Made by a program: the position numbers and the translations under genes. A stretch of 64,000 bases of DNA. It comes from Phoronis australis. Its lineage: Eukaryota; Animalia; Phoronida. The notes under the pieces are model-generated. The model was given only the letters and a program-made list of their open reading frames with translations, ran no database searches and was not told the DNA's origin. The stretch spans positions 757,501 to 821,500 of the forward strand of contig NMRA01000081.1 of NCBI GenBank assembly GCA_002633005.1. Reading direction: 5' to 3'. Of the stretch, positions 40,111-52,680 are shown piece by piece. Position 1 is the first letter of the stretch, and the number at the start of each line of letters is the position of its first letter.

Positions 40111-40216
40111 AATGCTTTAATCATTGTGTCCAGTTTTAGCTAAAGTAATTTACAGCTCTGGTGGAATAAATTGCTCTCTGTCTTGATTGACTCAATGACA
40201 TGTATTTACATTTCAG

Positions 40217-40333
40217 GTTGAATTGTTCCCAGCCTTGATTGGCCCATGCCTATTTTATGGCTGCTTCTACACAAGCTTGCTCAAACTGGACATTTCTGTG
40301 GAGTACGTCATTGAAGGAGAAGATGTTCAACAG
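40217..40333 (+). CDS. Uncharacterised gene, coding exon 5
   Basis: tttcag|VELFPALIGPCLFYGCFYTSLLKLDISVEYVIEGEDVQQ|gttgac. Phase 0-0. Confidence 0.75.
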
Positions 40334-40896
40334 GTTGACTTTTTCTTAGTCGTAAAGCTTCTTTCCAATTGTCATTCTGCAAGGTTGTGTTTGTCAGTGT
40401 CGGTGTGGGTGAAATAGGTCAGTTTCAAACGGGATAACCGGAGTACTTTGACTTCAAAGGGGCTGAATAGTCATCCCAAGGGGTTGGTCAGTGCAGAGAG
40501 GGTGACTGGGACTACATAAAATTACAAGGGTCCTGCAGTCTGTGTATAATGTGAAGCACTTTTAGTTTACATGTGGCAGATAAGTATTGGCTGTCATGTC
40601 ACAGGCAGGATCCTCTCGTCATGGATACAAGATGAAATGTCACCGAAAGGACTGTCACATTCCGTAGTGTATTTAGGAATCAAATCACTGTGAATGTGTG
40701 AGTGCAACTGGTAACACAATTGTGCAGCAAATCGTTTCAAGCTTTCTTCCCAAATTTGTGCATGCAGCCACTTTCGCACTTATCTTCTTGGTGCCTGTGG
40801 ACTGGACATTAAAGATAAAGCAACTGCTTCAAATATTCGTCTTTATCTTTTTCCATGTTTTAAAACAATAAATCTGCAGTCACCGTGTCATTTCAG

Positions 40897-41055
40897 GCTG
40901 TTGAAATGTTCACCAAATCCATTGTGAGAGACGTTCTAGTAACTCACAAGGAAGGTCGTCACGTGATCCTGTCTCTTAAGGTGCCTGTTTCTACTGGTGT
41001 AGGAGAAGAATACGAACTAGATTATTGGTCTTGGCAAGACGTTGAACAGTTTGAG
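40897..41055 (+). CDS. Uncharacterised gene, coding exon 6
   Basis: tttcag|AVEMFTKSIVRDVLVTHKEGRHVILSLKVPVSTGVGEEYELDYWSWQDVEQFE|gtatgt. Phase 0-0. Confidence 0.78.
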
Positions 41056-41589
41056 GTATGTGAATGCAATCTAGTGCCATGGGCTGAATATACGTGAAAT
41101 ACACTTGACACCAAGACCCATTATGAAGCAACAGTATTTCAGTGTGCTATGGGTCACTAATTTTTTCATTCTTGATTGGTTCAAGTGGGTTCTGTGGAGA
41201 GTAGGTTGTTTATGTATCCTACATGGTGTTGGAATCTTGTCATCTAATTACTAAATGAGCAAAGTTGAGACTTTAAAATGTGTCTTGGTTTGTTTGTGAA
41301 TTAGTTACTTTGCTCATCGCCAGATTCATGGGGGGGGGGGGCAGTGGAGCTGCCCCAACTACGGACATGACCTATCCGCTGTTGGCTTTTGCAGCATTTT
41401 TCCTGTCAAAATTGTGCATGAGTGCCCTTCTTATGACATTCTAGATCCGCCATCTTTTTCCAGGTTGGCAGACATCTTAGATAAGCATAACTATAACACT
41501 GACTATCAATAAATAGCTAATAAACTTTAATTAGTTTATTTTAATAGCACAAAAGCCACTGGCCCATATACATTCAAATACAACCAAAT

Positions 41590-41940
41590 GACATCTCATG
41601 TTACTCAGAAGAATCATGCCTTAAGTAAGCATTAAATAGAAATCTGCAAACCAAGTTATATTTCTAAGACTATTCACATCACTTGTATTCATGAGCTTAA
41701 TAAGCATGGAAGCTAAAAGATGATTTTCGACAGAAATACAGCACATAATTCTTAAATCCGAGTAAAATGGGCATTTTAACAAGAAATGTTTCTCATCTTC
41801 TATTTCATTTAAGTCACACATTTGACATATATGAGAGTCACGGGGTACATTAACATGTCTATCCAGTTTGATCATTAATTTGTGACTTGAACATCTAAAT
41901 TTCGCAAAAGTTGTTATGTGGACCTGTTTACCAAGTAATG
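41590..41940 (-). pseudogene. LINE 3'-end fragment with a CxxC..H..C motif
   Basis: FRCSSHKLMIKLDRHVNVPRDSHICQMCDLNEIEDEKHFLLKCPFYSDLR is a typical non-LTR ORF2 C-terminus. Confidence 0.75.
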
Positions 41941-42210
41941 ACAGAAATATAATGATATTGTTTACACACTTTTAGTGTAACATATCCTTAGAAAATCAAT
42001 AATTATAACATGTCGGCTTTTTAACTGAGAAAAGCCTTCCTAGCCAACACTGTCCCTGAATGTCACAGACACATTTAAATTCAAGTAAAAAGAGTTGCTG
42101 CAATGAACTATTTTTGGTTCATGGTACGTACCATAGTTTATTCTTTGTTTCTCATGCCATGGAAGTAAGGTGCTCAACTGTACTTTGGAAGAAACAGTTA
42201 TCACTTGATA

Positions 42211-42353
42211 GCTACGCCCGGGCCTGCCCGCGCTGCCACCGGCAGCTTGGCTGAGGCCCGCCTAAGTGCTACGCCCGGGCCTGCCTGCGCTGCCTCCGGC
42301 AGCTTGGCTGAGGCCCGCCTAAGTGCTACGCCCGGGCCTGCCTGCGCTGCCTC
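42211..42353. repeat. GC-rich 57-bp tandem repeat, 2.5 copies
   Basis: gctacgcccgggcctgcc...gcccgcctaagt starts at 42211, 42268 and 42325. Confidence 0.9.
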
Positions 42354-43162
42354 TATGTAACCTAATCTGCCCGATAGATCAGTCTATATTTCTTTTATTA
42401 AATAGCTACTGATACTTCTTAATGCTTTAATGCATTGACACTGTCTGCTTGATTTGGTGTCAGGGTAGAAAGTCTGTATATAATGACTTTATATATCAAT
42501 CTGCCATTAATTGGGTCCCTTAATCATATTTTTAATAAGACTCCGGAAAAGGGGAATACATTCATAACAAAACAGTGGTGTCGATAACATGACCAATTTT
42601 CTTTTTATATAAATGTTCAAGATGGAATCTGAAAAATGCCGATTTTTTTTCTTAGTAATCCTTTTCGTTTTAATCAATGTTTGAGTTTTTCATGAAACTA
42701 CTGAAAGTCCCTATTTTAGCTAGCCATCCCATGCCAAAGTAGATCAGTCAAAAGACAATCTCTAAAAGCCTGATGGGGAACAGTGCATAAAGTACAAGAT
42801 CTGAAAGTTTTATTGGAATCCTATCAGCCATTTGCAAGATAGGTTTTCAGTTTACCAAGTTTAGACATTTGTCTAGGATCTCCCGTAACCTTAACCTGAC
42901 GCTTGAACACTTTTCTTTTACTGCGCAGTGAATGATATCGTACATGTGTATAACTGTTGGTCTTCACATACGCCATACGCTGATCACATCAGGTGTTGGC
43001 TAACAGGTTAGCAGAAAGTCCTGGGTTCAAACCTTGGTAGGGACAGAGAGCATTTTAGATGTAACTATGTATCACCTGATATCAACAAAGTATCGGATTT
43101 GAAAAGATTAATTCTTGCTTATTATTCTTAAAGTTTTAACAATGTTTTCCTTTGAATTACAG

Positions 43163-43273
43163 TTAGGCCAGACTCTAGTCAAAAATGGAATCAGTTATTG
43201 TGACGAAATCACCTTCTTTTTAAGTTTGCGTCTGTATGTTACGAGTTCGGTGGCATACTTTCATGGAATTTGA
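43163..43273 (+). CDS. Uncharacterised gene, possible terminal coding exon
   Basis: ttttcctttgaattacag|LGQTLVKNGISYCDEITFFLSLRLYVTSSVAYFHGI*. Phase 0. No homology support. Confidence 0.45.
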   Translation, partial: LGQTLVKNGISYCDEITFFLSLRLYVTSSVAYFHGI

Positions 43274-44231
43274 CAAATAGTTGTGTTTTAAAGATATGAT
43301 GCCACCTTCTCAATTTGGATGGGTTTAACATATTATGCACCATGTTTATGATTCCAAAAACACTATTGGAATTGCGTTTCAGTCGTGGATGCAATAGCTC
43401 TTGTATACAGAAAGCAAGCATCGAAAAATTTTACACCGTTTGAGCATTTATTACAGTACTGCATATGTCAAAGGTTATGATAAATGTGTAGGGGGATGTA
43501 TTGTTTTTCAAATGAGAAACATTCATTACACAACACACATCCCATGGAGTCCGCTCAGTGTTGTCATCGAAAAATTATTGTTGGTTACTGCATCAGAATA
43601 TTTGTGCAAGTCGGAATGTTGCGATGTTGCATTTTAAAAGAACGTGTACCAAGAGATTTCAAAAGAAATTAGACGGATTTCAACAGAAGACTCCAAGACT
43701 GCTAAATTTGGATAAACTCCTTATCAGAATAATTTGACAGTTTACGTAGTCGAACTTATGTCAGAGTTGAATGTCGACATTGTGTCTAGTCCTTAATTTT
43801 TGTTTGTGAATACTGAGTCTTGCGCAATAAGTTGCTTTTGTTGAGATTTAGCTAGAATTGGATTGGATTCTATTGGAAAAGAAACAAATATTTTATTAGC
43901 CTTGTCAAATTGCGACATTGTGTAGTTTAGTTTGAAAAATATTGTATGCTAACCTTTGTACCTTTACACAGTATGTTTTATGTTGTATTGTAATTTGGTG
44001 GTATGTTGGAAAAAATTAAAACTTAGACCTGTCCATGCAGATATTGTTAAAGCAAAGTCATATTCTGATTTTTAAATATCTTTAAAAACTATGCACCATT
44101 TTCGTTTTATTAACATACATCATCTCCAGAGGCTCCGTCCACCTGCACTAACTTGGAGAACATGTTTTCTGTGGCTCGCTGAGCTTTCCAAAAAGAATGG
44201 GCCCAACTCGACGATTCCCTTTTTGTCTATG

Positions 44232-44472
44232 AAAGTGTCAAGTTCACGCAAGATTCCAAGTTCACGTACGAGGTTTGACAGTTTGCTTAATCTCAAGATC
44301 ATTCCGAGTTCACGTAAAATAGCCACAACAGGTAGCGCTAGAGTGGGTCAGTTGCAACAATGACCGTAGATGCAATGAGATAGCTGTCTGTTGTACGTGA
44401 ACTTGGAATCTTAAGTGAACTAGGAATAAATTTCTATTCCAAGTTCACGCATGTGATCTTGCGATTAAGCAA
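44232..44472. repeat. Nested inverted/direct repeat cluster (small foldback element)
   Basis: caagttcacg recurs in both orientations. tgcttaatctcaagatca / tgatcttgcgattaagca form an inverted pair. Confidence 0.55.
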
Positions 44473-47400
44473 GCATTTGCGACATTTAGCGTGTAACTTT
44501 TAAGTACACCGTGGGTCGAATGGTGGTCATGATTTAATTTGTTTCTGTGGTAGTAGTCTGAACGTGCTCATTTCAAACTTTACAATACAAGGCAATGAGA
44601 ATCCATCCATTAAATATGAGACGAGTGTCTGAACTCAAGTTACAAACTGCAACAAATTTGCGAATCCTGAAAATGCTATAAATTGGATAACCCGAGAATA
44701 AATAACAAAAACCAATGAATTTGTATAATGTAAAGAATTAGTGACTGCATAAAATGAGGGTGCACACCATGAGATGGTGTTTCACATAAAGAACGATATA
44801 CAGGTGTGCATCTTTAAAAATTTGTTAATGATAGCATTTTGGTCTGCCTGATGCGCGTAGTTATAATTTTCACGTTGTTGTGTCCAGGTCGCAGAAATAC
44901 TTTTCAATTGTTAACTGTATTTTAGCTGTACTTTGGGTTGTACTCGCATAGTGTTTGGGTCGTGGTGACGCACATGCATTCCAGTGGATAAATCGATCCA
45001 TCTATCAACATTCACTTGAACTGCATGGACGTTTGTTTCTTGACTTGATGGTATACATTCGGGTTGACATTAACGCCAGTCTTTTTAATCCACTAACAAT
45101 TACACTAACATAGTAACACGAGCCCCAACATATCAAGAAAGACAGCAAGAATGAATCCAAATGACGTTAAAGGTCACAAAATGCATGCCTGACTAATATT
45201 GCAGATGCCGTAACAGATGGACTGAGCTGAGCAGTGATTCATGTGCTCGATTTCTGCCGCGCAGGGACAGTGAGGACTTTTCAATTAGCCACTGAGTGGC
45301 AAATTGAAAACAGTTGATTTGCCAAGTTTGCAATTTTATTAATGTACGTTTTTGTCTATTTACACGCCATACCCATACCCCCAATGATATGCTGCTGTAC
45401 ACGGTTAACCAAAACTGAGGAAGGATTTAAGAAAAACATCAAGCAAGTAAACAAAAATTGCTTGGGCGCCGTACTGCATTTATTTTAAAGTCTGAAGGCA
45501 ATGCGACAAGTGAACATGTTTTTAAAAAGGCTGTATCAAGCCAAAGGTTCAAAATTCCGACAGAAAGAAAAGCTAACTAGTTCTAAACTTGTTGAAAGGT
45601 CTATCAGACCAGACGCAAGAGATTCAATTTGAAAATGTAAGTAAAAGCAACAGCTCGGTGAACATTGCCCAACTTTTTTTGTGTTCTTTCCAACGGCACT
45701 CAAGAAGAATTGGTTTCAAGCAGGCACTTTAACCCCAGAACATTTTGCTTAAATCACTGTTCAAAACCTCGTATCATGAAAGTTCGTACTTAAAGCGTTC
45801 GACTTTCGGACTTGAATGGATATTCGGATTTATGGATTTGTTAGTGGACTTGCAAACCTTCGGAACCAAGAAGACCGTGATTTCATAAACTACACTCAGT
45901 TGATCCCTAATAAAATTTATTCACTACACACCAAAATGCCAACATATCACTAGGTCTACAACTTTACTGAAGGATTATTCCCTTCATGAGCGGTAATGAA
46001 AAGAATCAAGTTTCAGCTGATGACAACATTCTCAGGAGATTAACTTGGATAAACAGGCGCAAAATAGCCCACAATGATCCTGGTGTGAACAGTGGAGACA
46101 AGAACAGTATTTTTAAAACTTTCGTTTTTTAAAATAGCATATTTGAATAGTTCATGAAAAGTACACCTGGTGTGGTTTTGAATTTTGAAAACCGGATAAG
46201 AAATGTCTTTTATAACCAGAAAGTAGAGCACAGCCAGATTCCGCTTCATTAAATCCTTCAGAATTGCAACATAATGGGCCAATTACCAAAGCTTATAAAC
46301 CGGCAATTGGAAAGCCAAGTGTCATCCTACTAGGCATGTTACCATGAACAGTGGCTACAAGGCAAGAAGTTTAGGTGACCTAAACGTTCACAGCTTTCGC
46401 CAATAATGACACCTTGGACAGAAAACATCAACACACTCCACAGTGACAATATGGAAATTCCCCCAAGGAAAAAATTCTCGCAGGGATTCAGAATGTTCAG
46501 AAACATGGATCATGTGAGTACGTAATCACTGTTAAATACCGGTAGATAAGTCCCATTTTATCAACTGGGATACTGTTTACAACAAGAAATGCTAATTTGA
46601 TCTTAAACGAAATGTAAACAAAACCTTTACAGCTTTCTAAGCCAAGTGAAGCCTCTTTGAAAAACAGTGTTTTTGTTCACGGAGGTGTTGCAAGTTACAG
46701 TCCCCAACTGAACATGATCCTAACTGAACACGATAAAACCATGCACCGAATAGAGTTCGTAGACAGATTCAAGCAGAGATTTGCCACTTCTAACTTGACA
46801 TATTTCGGTTTCAAGTTTTGTCACTTTGACTTGACCAAATTAACTTCAGAGATAAAGCATAAAAAATATATATGGAGGTCGGGTCTAAAATTCAACTTCA
46901 ACAGCGTCTCAATTATGTAGCAAGAGTAAAATGACTAAACCTAAAGGTACCAATTATCACCTGCTATATGCGTTAATCATAAAGACAAAAATATCAGCAA
47001 AAACATAAAAAGATGAATTAAAATCAATGAAAAAGGCAATACCAGCTCTCATTACAGTTCAAGTGGGGTAACTAACAGTAAAAACTGTATACAAATGAAC
47101 AAATCAACATACATGGTGGAAGTGAAAGTTTACACAACACCACCTGGTAACATGAGCTTCACATTCTTGCAAATATTTACCATCTTCAAAGTTTACTTCG
47201 GTTCCTAGCAACCCACATCAGCAAAATGGCCTTAGTTTTGTCATTGCAATTAGCTAATTGAGCACCATCTTCACAGTATTGTGCCTTAACTCAAGAAAGA
47301 TGCTGACTCCTAGTGGTGGAATACCATACTACAGCAAACACTTCTTAAAGAGTTGGGACACTGAACATAATTCTTTAAAGTAAAACATTGTGAGGAGATA

Positions 47401-48211
47401 ACCATAACCTTGAAACAAACGACAAGATTAGGGTAATCAACAAAATGTAAATAATTTCATTTAGATAGCTTTTATACAATAAAAACTACATGCAGGTCAT
47501 ATGTGCAACTTTTGGGCAAGGGTGTGATTTCATTTGCAACTTCTGAGGCAAATCAAAGTTCCAGAGTACAAAGTGTAATTTTTCTGCTAGTTTCCCCACT
47601 GCCTAATGCTAGTCACATTTCCACAAAATTTGTAAAACTTAAACATTTTGAAAAAATGAATACAACAGCAATATGTTCAGTGTACCAGACCTAGGAAATC
47701 ACCGGGTTAAATTAATGAAATATATTAAATATAGACACAGGAAGAATAATAATTCCACGAACTGGTAGTTAGATATTAATCATGTGAACAAAGTAATGTC
47801 TCCGAGGCAACCTCTATTAAATATTAATTTCCTGTCAAAATCATTAATCAAACAATGCAGACAATATGCAACAATATTAACAAGTACATATGCACCGACA
47901 AAGAGATATACGCTAAGTACCATGAGCATTTTAACACAAAATTTATCATTTGGGTAAAAAAAAAAATAGTTGGGTCTGGTCTGTATGCCAACTCATTTTG
48001 AAATATGTGCTCACTAGTCAAAGAAACTTCTTTTGTGAAGGGCACCATAGAAGCAGGCAAGGAAAAATCTGATATATCTGAAGGGACGATTGCCCAAACT
48101 AAAACAACCCTGTTGCTGAACTTTGCTAAAGTTAAGCAAAATTCCAACTTGGGCATGTCCAACTTGTGCAAGTTTGTGAATGCTTTTTTGGCCTAAGGAG
48201 TCAATACGAAT

Positions 48212-49621
48212 TTAGTATATAAATGGAATGATTCTGTGAGGTACTCTCTTGTAGTAATCCCTCCAGAATTTTCCATACTTCTTTGAGCACTTGTCATCGT
48301 CTCGATAGGAGCGATGGACCAGCAAAATGAGCAGAAAAGTGAGGTAAGAATACGGGTAAAAGTTGACGAACATGGCCGGCACTGACCAGCAGAAGGCTAA
48401 TGTTAACTCGGGTACGTAATGGAAATGCCTGGACAGACCCCAAAAGCCAGAGACTAAGAGGAGGCTCTCTTTCATCTCGCCATTTTCAAGTTGATACTGG
48501 GCACGGATGACTTGTGGTTTCTTCCCCCAAATCAAGCAATCACCGTTGGTCGCCCTGCATTCCTGTTTCTGCCAATCAGCCCAGTAGTTAACGGCGATGG
48601 CTGCCATTCCCATTGTGAGAATGAATCCGGCAAGAGCTGGTCCCAGGACAACGGGATGAGAAGCCAGGTAAAAACTTACTGACGCATAGAGACAAGGTAC
48701 ATAACTGAGGCAACCCCAGCAGATATAGTAGCCAGCTCGGTCAAGCATGATATCGATGGTACACATGTAACCAGACTCCCACCAGAAGAACTTTGAAAAG
48801 TAAATCATCTGCAGAGTAGTGGACACAAAGATGCTGTCCACGAAGCCATACATTTCATAGCTCTTTATGGTGTAAATGACACACAATATTGGCCATGCTG
48901 TCATACCAAATCTACAGTTGGTGAATACTTTGACATCCCAGCCCAGGATGTTGGGGTAGAGTTCTGTTCCCCAATAGTAATCAAACACCACATTACCAGT
49001 AGACCCACTGTCACTGGTCGACGGCGCGTACAGTCCCTTGAGCTGGAGAATGACGCAAAAAATCATACTAAATGCATTCAATGTGGCCATAAAGTCACCA
49101 AATTTGTCATAGACCACGGACACTGAATAGCCATTTCTTGTCAGCACGTACTGTAATGTCGCTAGTGTCATCATGTTGATGAGGTAAATGGTGAATCCAT
49201 TGTCCTTGTATTTAGGAACGTTTCCTTTCGGTGTAATGGGACCATGTACCATCTTGCCTGGCACAAGCCTCATCAGTACCAGCTGGAACACACTGTAGCC
49301 TGCAATCACGGCGACAGCGAAGGGGGTCACGCGGACTGCCGACCACATGTACATGAAGCCACCGAGCAGACTTCTGTCCTTCCATACATCAAGCAGGCTG
49401 AGAAAACTACCGTTGTGTTTGGCCACTGTGTACCACAAGACTAGAGTCACGTTGGGCATGACTGGGATCAGGAAGGCAGGTATCAAGAACTTGAAGATAG
49501 CGATGTTGGAGAAAGGGTTGTTGGGCAGTTCCTTAGAAGGCGATTCTTCCACTCGATGACCAGCGAAGTCATCTTGCGTGGGATCGCTGTCCTCCACTAC
49601 CTGTTTCCTTGTTCTCACCAT
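48212..49621 (-). CDS. DHCR7: 7-dehydrocholesterol (sterol delta-7) reductase, ERG4/ERG24 family, DWF5-like; 469 aa in a single coding exon
   Basis: Intact ORF with YYWGTELYP, DVKVFTNCRFGM, KFFWWESGY, DRAGYYICWGCL, LLVSGFWGLSRHFHY and RDDDKCSKKYGKFW..RIIPFIY. An acceptor ttttcag lies 5 nt upstream of ATG 49621, so the upstream ORF-track Met is intronic. Confidence 0.93.
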   Translation of the reverse strand: MVRTRKQVVEDSDPTQDDFAGHRVEESPSKELPNNPFSNIAIFKFLIPAFLIPVMPNVTLVLWYTVAKHNGSFLSLLDVWKDRSLLGGFMYMWSAVRVTPFAVAVIAGYSVFQLVLMRLVPGKMVHGPITPKGNVPKYKDNGFTIYLINMMTLATLQYVLTRNGYSVSVVYDKFGDFMATLNAFSMIFCVILQLKGLYAPSTSDSGSTGNVVFDYYWGTELYPNILGWDVKVFTNCRFGMTAWPILCVIYTIKSYEMYGFVDSIFVSTTLQMIYFSKFFWWESGYMCTIDIMLDRAGYYICWGCLSYVPCLYASVSFYLASHPVVLGPALAGFILTMGMAAIAVNYWADWQKQECRATNGDCLIWGKKPQVIRAQYQLENGEMKESLLLVSGFWGLSRHFHYVPELTLAFCWSVPAMFVNFYPYSYLTFLLILLVHRSYRDDDKCSKKYGKFWRDYYKRVPHRIIPFIY

Positions 49622-50629
49622 GATTACTGAAAATAAAGCAGCAAACATACATTGTATGAACAGTTCATGAATGAAACAAATATGCTCACCATTCAACATG
49701 CTATCCATCTCCATATAAATGCCTAACTTTCGAAGCAGTCCTTCAAGTGACTAACCAATAAATTCATGCTTTAAAATTACCGTTAGAACTCAGAAAAGAA
49801 ATCGGCATCGCACTACATAACTATGCTTCCCATGGACATGACACAAACATTATATTTGATTGAAAAAACATTGTTTTCATGACAAGTTGCTTGCAAATTG
49901 CAATGGCAGAGAATACAATTCAGTATTATGAGACTGCCCCTGAGTTTCTGGCACTCATTCAGGGTAAAACCTCACTTAATTTTTATAACCTTCAAACACC
50001 ACTAAGCGCCACACTGGTGCCTAACGGAGATTTCATGCTACATAATTTATGTTCCTGGTTCTGCTGTGCTCAGAACACTCGCCTACTTATAATCAGGAAA
50101 TAACAGTCATGATCACTCATTATGAACCTTGGTCTGTTAATGACAGACCTTCAGATGGGAAGACTGTAAAAACCATCATTTTTGGAAATATTGGACTGGG
50201 CGAGTAGTGTAGCTACTTGAAGTCATGACACACTCAGAAGCTCAAAGATTTTAAGTTTTCAAAAACATTCCTTCACATGCATATTGTTTCCAATTATATT
50301 TTGTTCTTTCGAGAAACTTGTTTTCCAAAATCACAAATCAACATTATCACTATAACTGTGTAATAATAACTGTTTCAATTGGGTGAGAATGGGTGAGAGA
50401 GGGAATCCCCTCAGGACGAAAACCAGTGGAAATGTCAGGTACAATATTATGCATCTGACTTAGCATTGTTGCCAAGATGATTAAGACAGATGAGGATTAG
50501 GCATTATTTAGAATCAGCAGATTCACAGCATCAATGAAAATAACACACAGCTGGAAAATTGGCAGCAGAAGGTCTTAAGAGATTTTTAAGAGATACACAG
50601 TGTCAATAAGAACAATGTGTGCGTAAAAA

Positions 50630-50785
50630 CAACAAAACAAAAATCATGACAAAGCAACTTGGAGAAATTTCATTTCAGAGTAATAAACAAAAATATGACG
50701 AAGCAAAACTTTTGAGAAATTTCATATTGCCAAATAATAAGCAAGTAAACAAACTCACTTGGCAAATTTCATTTACCAAGTAAAA
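50630..50785. repeat. Three tandem relics of a hairpin-type repeat terminus; related sequence at 59700-59770
   Basis: acttgg(a/c)..aaatttcatt..aagtaa occurs three times. The third, cttggcaaatttcatttaccaag, is palindromic. Confidence 0.5.
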
Positions 50786-50802
50786 TCCCAATTATGGGAG
50801 GC

Positions 50803-51720
50803 TAGGCTCGTGCTAACCGCTCGCCATTGGTGAATTCTGAGCAGCACTAGCGATGACAGAGCTAAGTGTGTTCGCCAACTTGGTGAATGCTTTTGCAACG
50901 TGACTATGAAAATTAATTTTGGGAAACCTACTCGAGTGTCGAATCACATTCTGCTCGAATCAAGCTGCACCACAAACGACATTATTACTTCGATTCCGAG
51001 TCCTAAAAATATCAAGCGCATGTTCCATTTCGTGTGCGTCACGGTCACCCCCCCTTGAAATCACTCCTTTACCACAACGAAATGTTCAACTGTGTAGAGG
51101 ATCAGAGGTCTAGGTAACGGGGATTTCTCTCTTTATAGCGAAATCTCATGTAGGTGCTGCCGCTTGTCATCTGCAAGTGACAATCTCAACAACGACTAGA
51201 AGACTATTTCGGCGATAAACGCGACCGAGTCTCTCAATAACTTTTTACACTGCCGACGTGGCGAGAGCCGGTCCGATAGCATTAATTACCTATGAGATAA
51301 AACCACACTGGGTTGAGCTGTCTCAAACATGCAATTTGAACTCAAGGTGTAAAATCATCATTTTCAAATTACGTGAATCTCTCCCAATTCATTACTAACT
51401 TTAGCAGTTTTCAGCACATAATTTGTCGTGTCACATCTATTGTTTGAGACTTGACATTGACAGGTTTTCTTTTTGGGTACATCGCCAGGAAGAACGAGAG
51501 TGTTATCTATTTTTCAATCGAAATACGTCATGTCATACCTAGTAAAAATGATAAATGTCGAGAGTGTAAGTAGTCATTGAGTGACTGGGATGTGTTTGAA
51601 TTTTGGCAGCGGCCAAAAGAAAGCAAGGTATAAAGTAAAGTCAGTTCGTTACTTAATGAGTTTGATTACCTACTCTGTACAATTTAGCTTTATTTTGCTA
51701 GCCACAAGTTATGTTTAATG
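50803..51720 (+). mobile_element. Partial copy of the hAT-like element at 16826-18506
   Basis: Colinear shared blocks: taggctcg, gaattctgagc, aaacctact, aaatgttcaactg, gaatctctcccaattcatt, gactgggatg, aaagaaagcaaggta, cacaagttatgtt. Confidence 0.8.
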
Positions 51721-52597
51721 TTTTTTGTTGACGAAAGATAAGTACAGAAAAGAATTCTGAATTAGCCAAGTACTTATATGAATTAGAAAGTTTTAAAGAA
51801 ATCAACAGCCTCCAAAGGATGTCCTTCTATACTCCACTGATACACATAACATGACTTTGGTTAGTTTAGTCAGTGCGAGGCTTTTGCTAAAACGGTACTG
51901 TACTTGTATGGCATCCACACGATATATTGCCTACCCCACTACTTGTTGGATATAGCAGTCCCAGATTTACATAACCAGTTTCCTCCACTGAATAACACGT
52001 CGTTATCCAATCACCAGGTTCTCAATCAGGGACCTCTACAGCCAACCAGTGCTGCCTACCCTACCTAGACACGTAGGCCTAACCGGTCTGTAAATAATCC
52101 TACCCGGCGATGTACAAAAATAAAGTCGAGTACTGCCCCCAAGATAGGGCTAATATACTGTGTGACATAACTTCTGTCCATCTTTTCGTTCAAGAGGAGA
52201 GGCCTAACGCAATGGTCCTAAAAATTGTTCAGCTGATAACTGACAACTAGCTTTCAGTTTTCACATTCACAAATGGTTGTATGCCTACGTCTAATCGGAA
52301 CAACTGACGCGTTCATAATGACAATGTAATTTGTATAATAGAAGGTGAACGACCATGACGGGGCACCCAGTCCGAGTCGGGAAGACTAGCACGACTTCAC
52401 TTAGGTCTATAAGATTTCAGACAATTTGGTCAGTGACCGAATCCTCACAGACCACAGACACCGGCGCAGGAAGCACAGCCCAGCACGTGGATCCCCCGGG
52501 GTGGACGTCAAAACAAGCAGTTGATCAATGAGAAACAAGACCCACCACTAATGATGAATATTAATGAGCGTTTCTGTCAAAATCCAAATTAACTTAC

Positions 52598-52680
52598 CTT
52601 TCGTAAAACCGTCAAAATCAGCTGGCGGAAAGCGAAGCAATGCACTTTCTGCATATTGGAAAAGTCCATTTACAAACAAA
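52598..52680 (-). other. Putative non-coding first exon of DHCR7 (5' end uncertain)
   Basis: Strong donor gaaag|gtaagt on the minus strand in a CpG-richer region, which could splice to the acceptor at 49626. Confidence 0.45.

Noticed and set aside
42960-43050. tRNA-like B-box (gggttcaaacc)
   Set aside because: No cloverleaf or acceptor stem can be formed; at most a decayed SINE head.
49622-49714. N-terminal 31 aa of the 500-aa ORF
   Set aside because: Lies upstream of a strong splice acceptor at 49626/49627, so it is probably intronic read-through.
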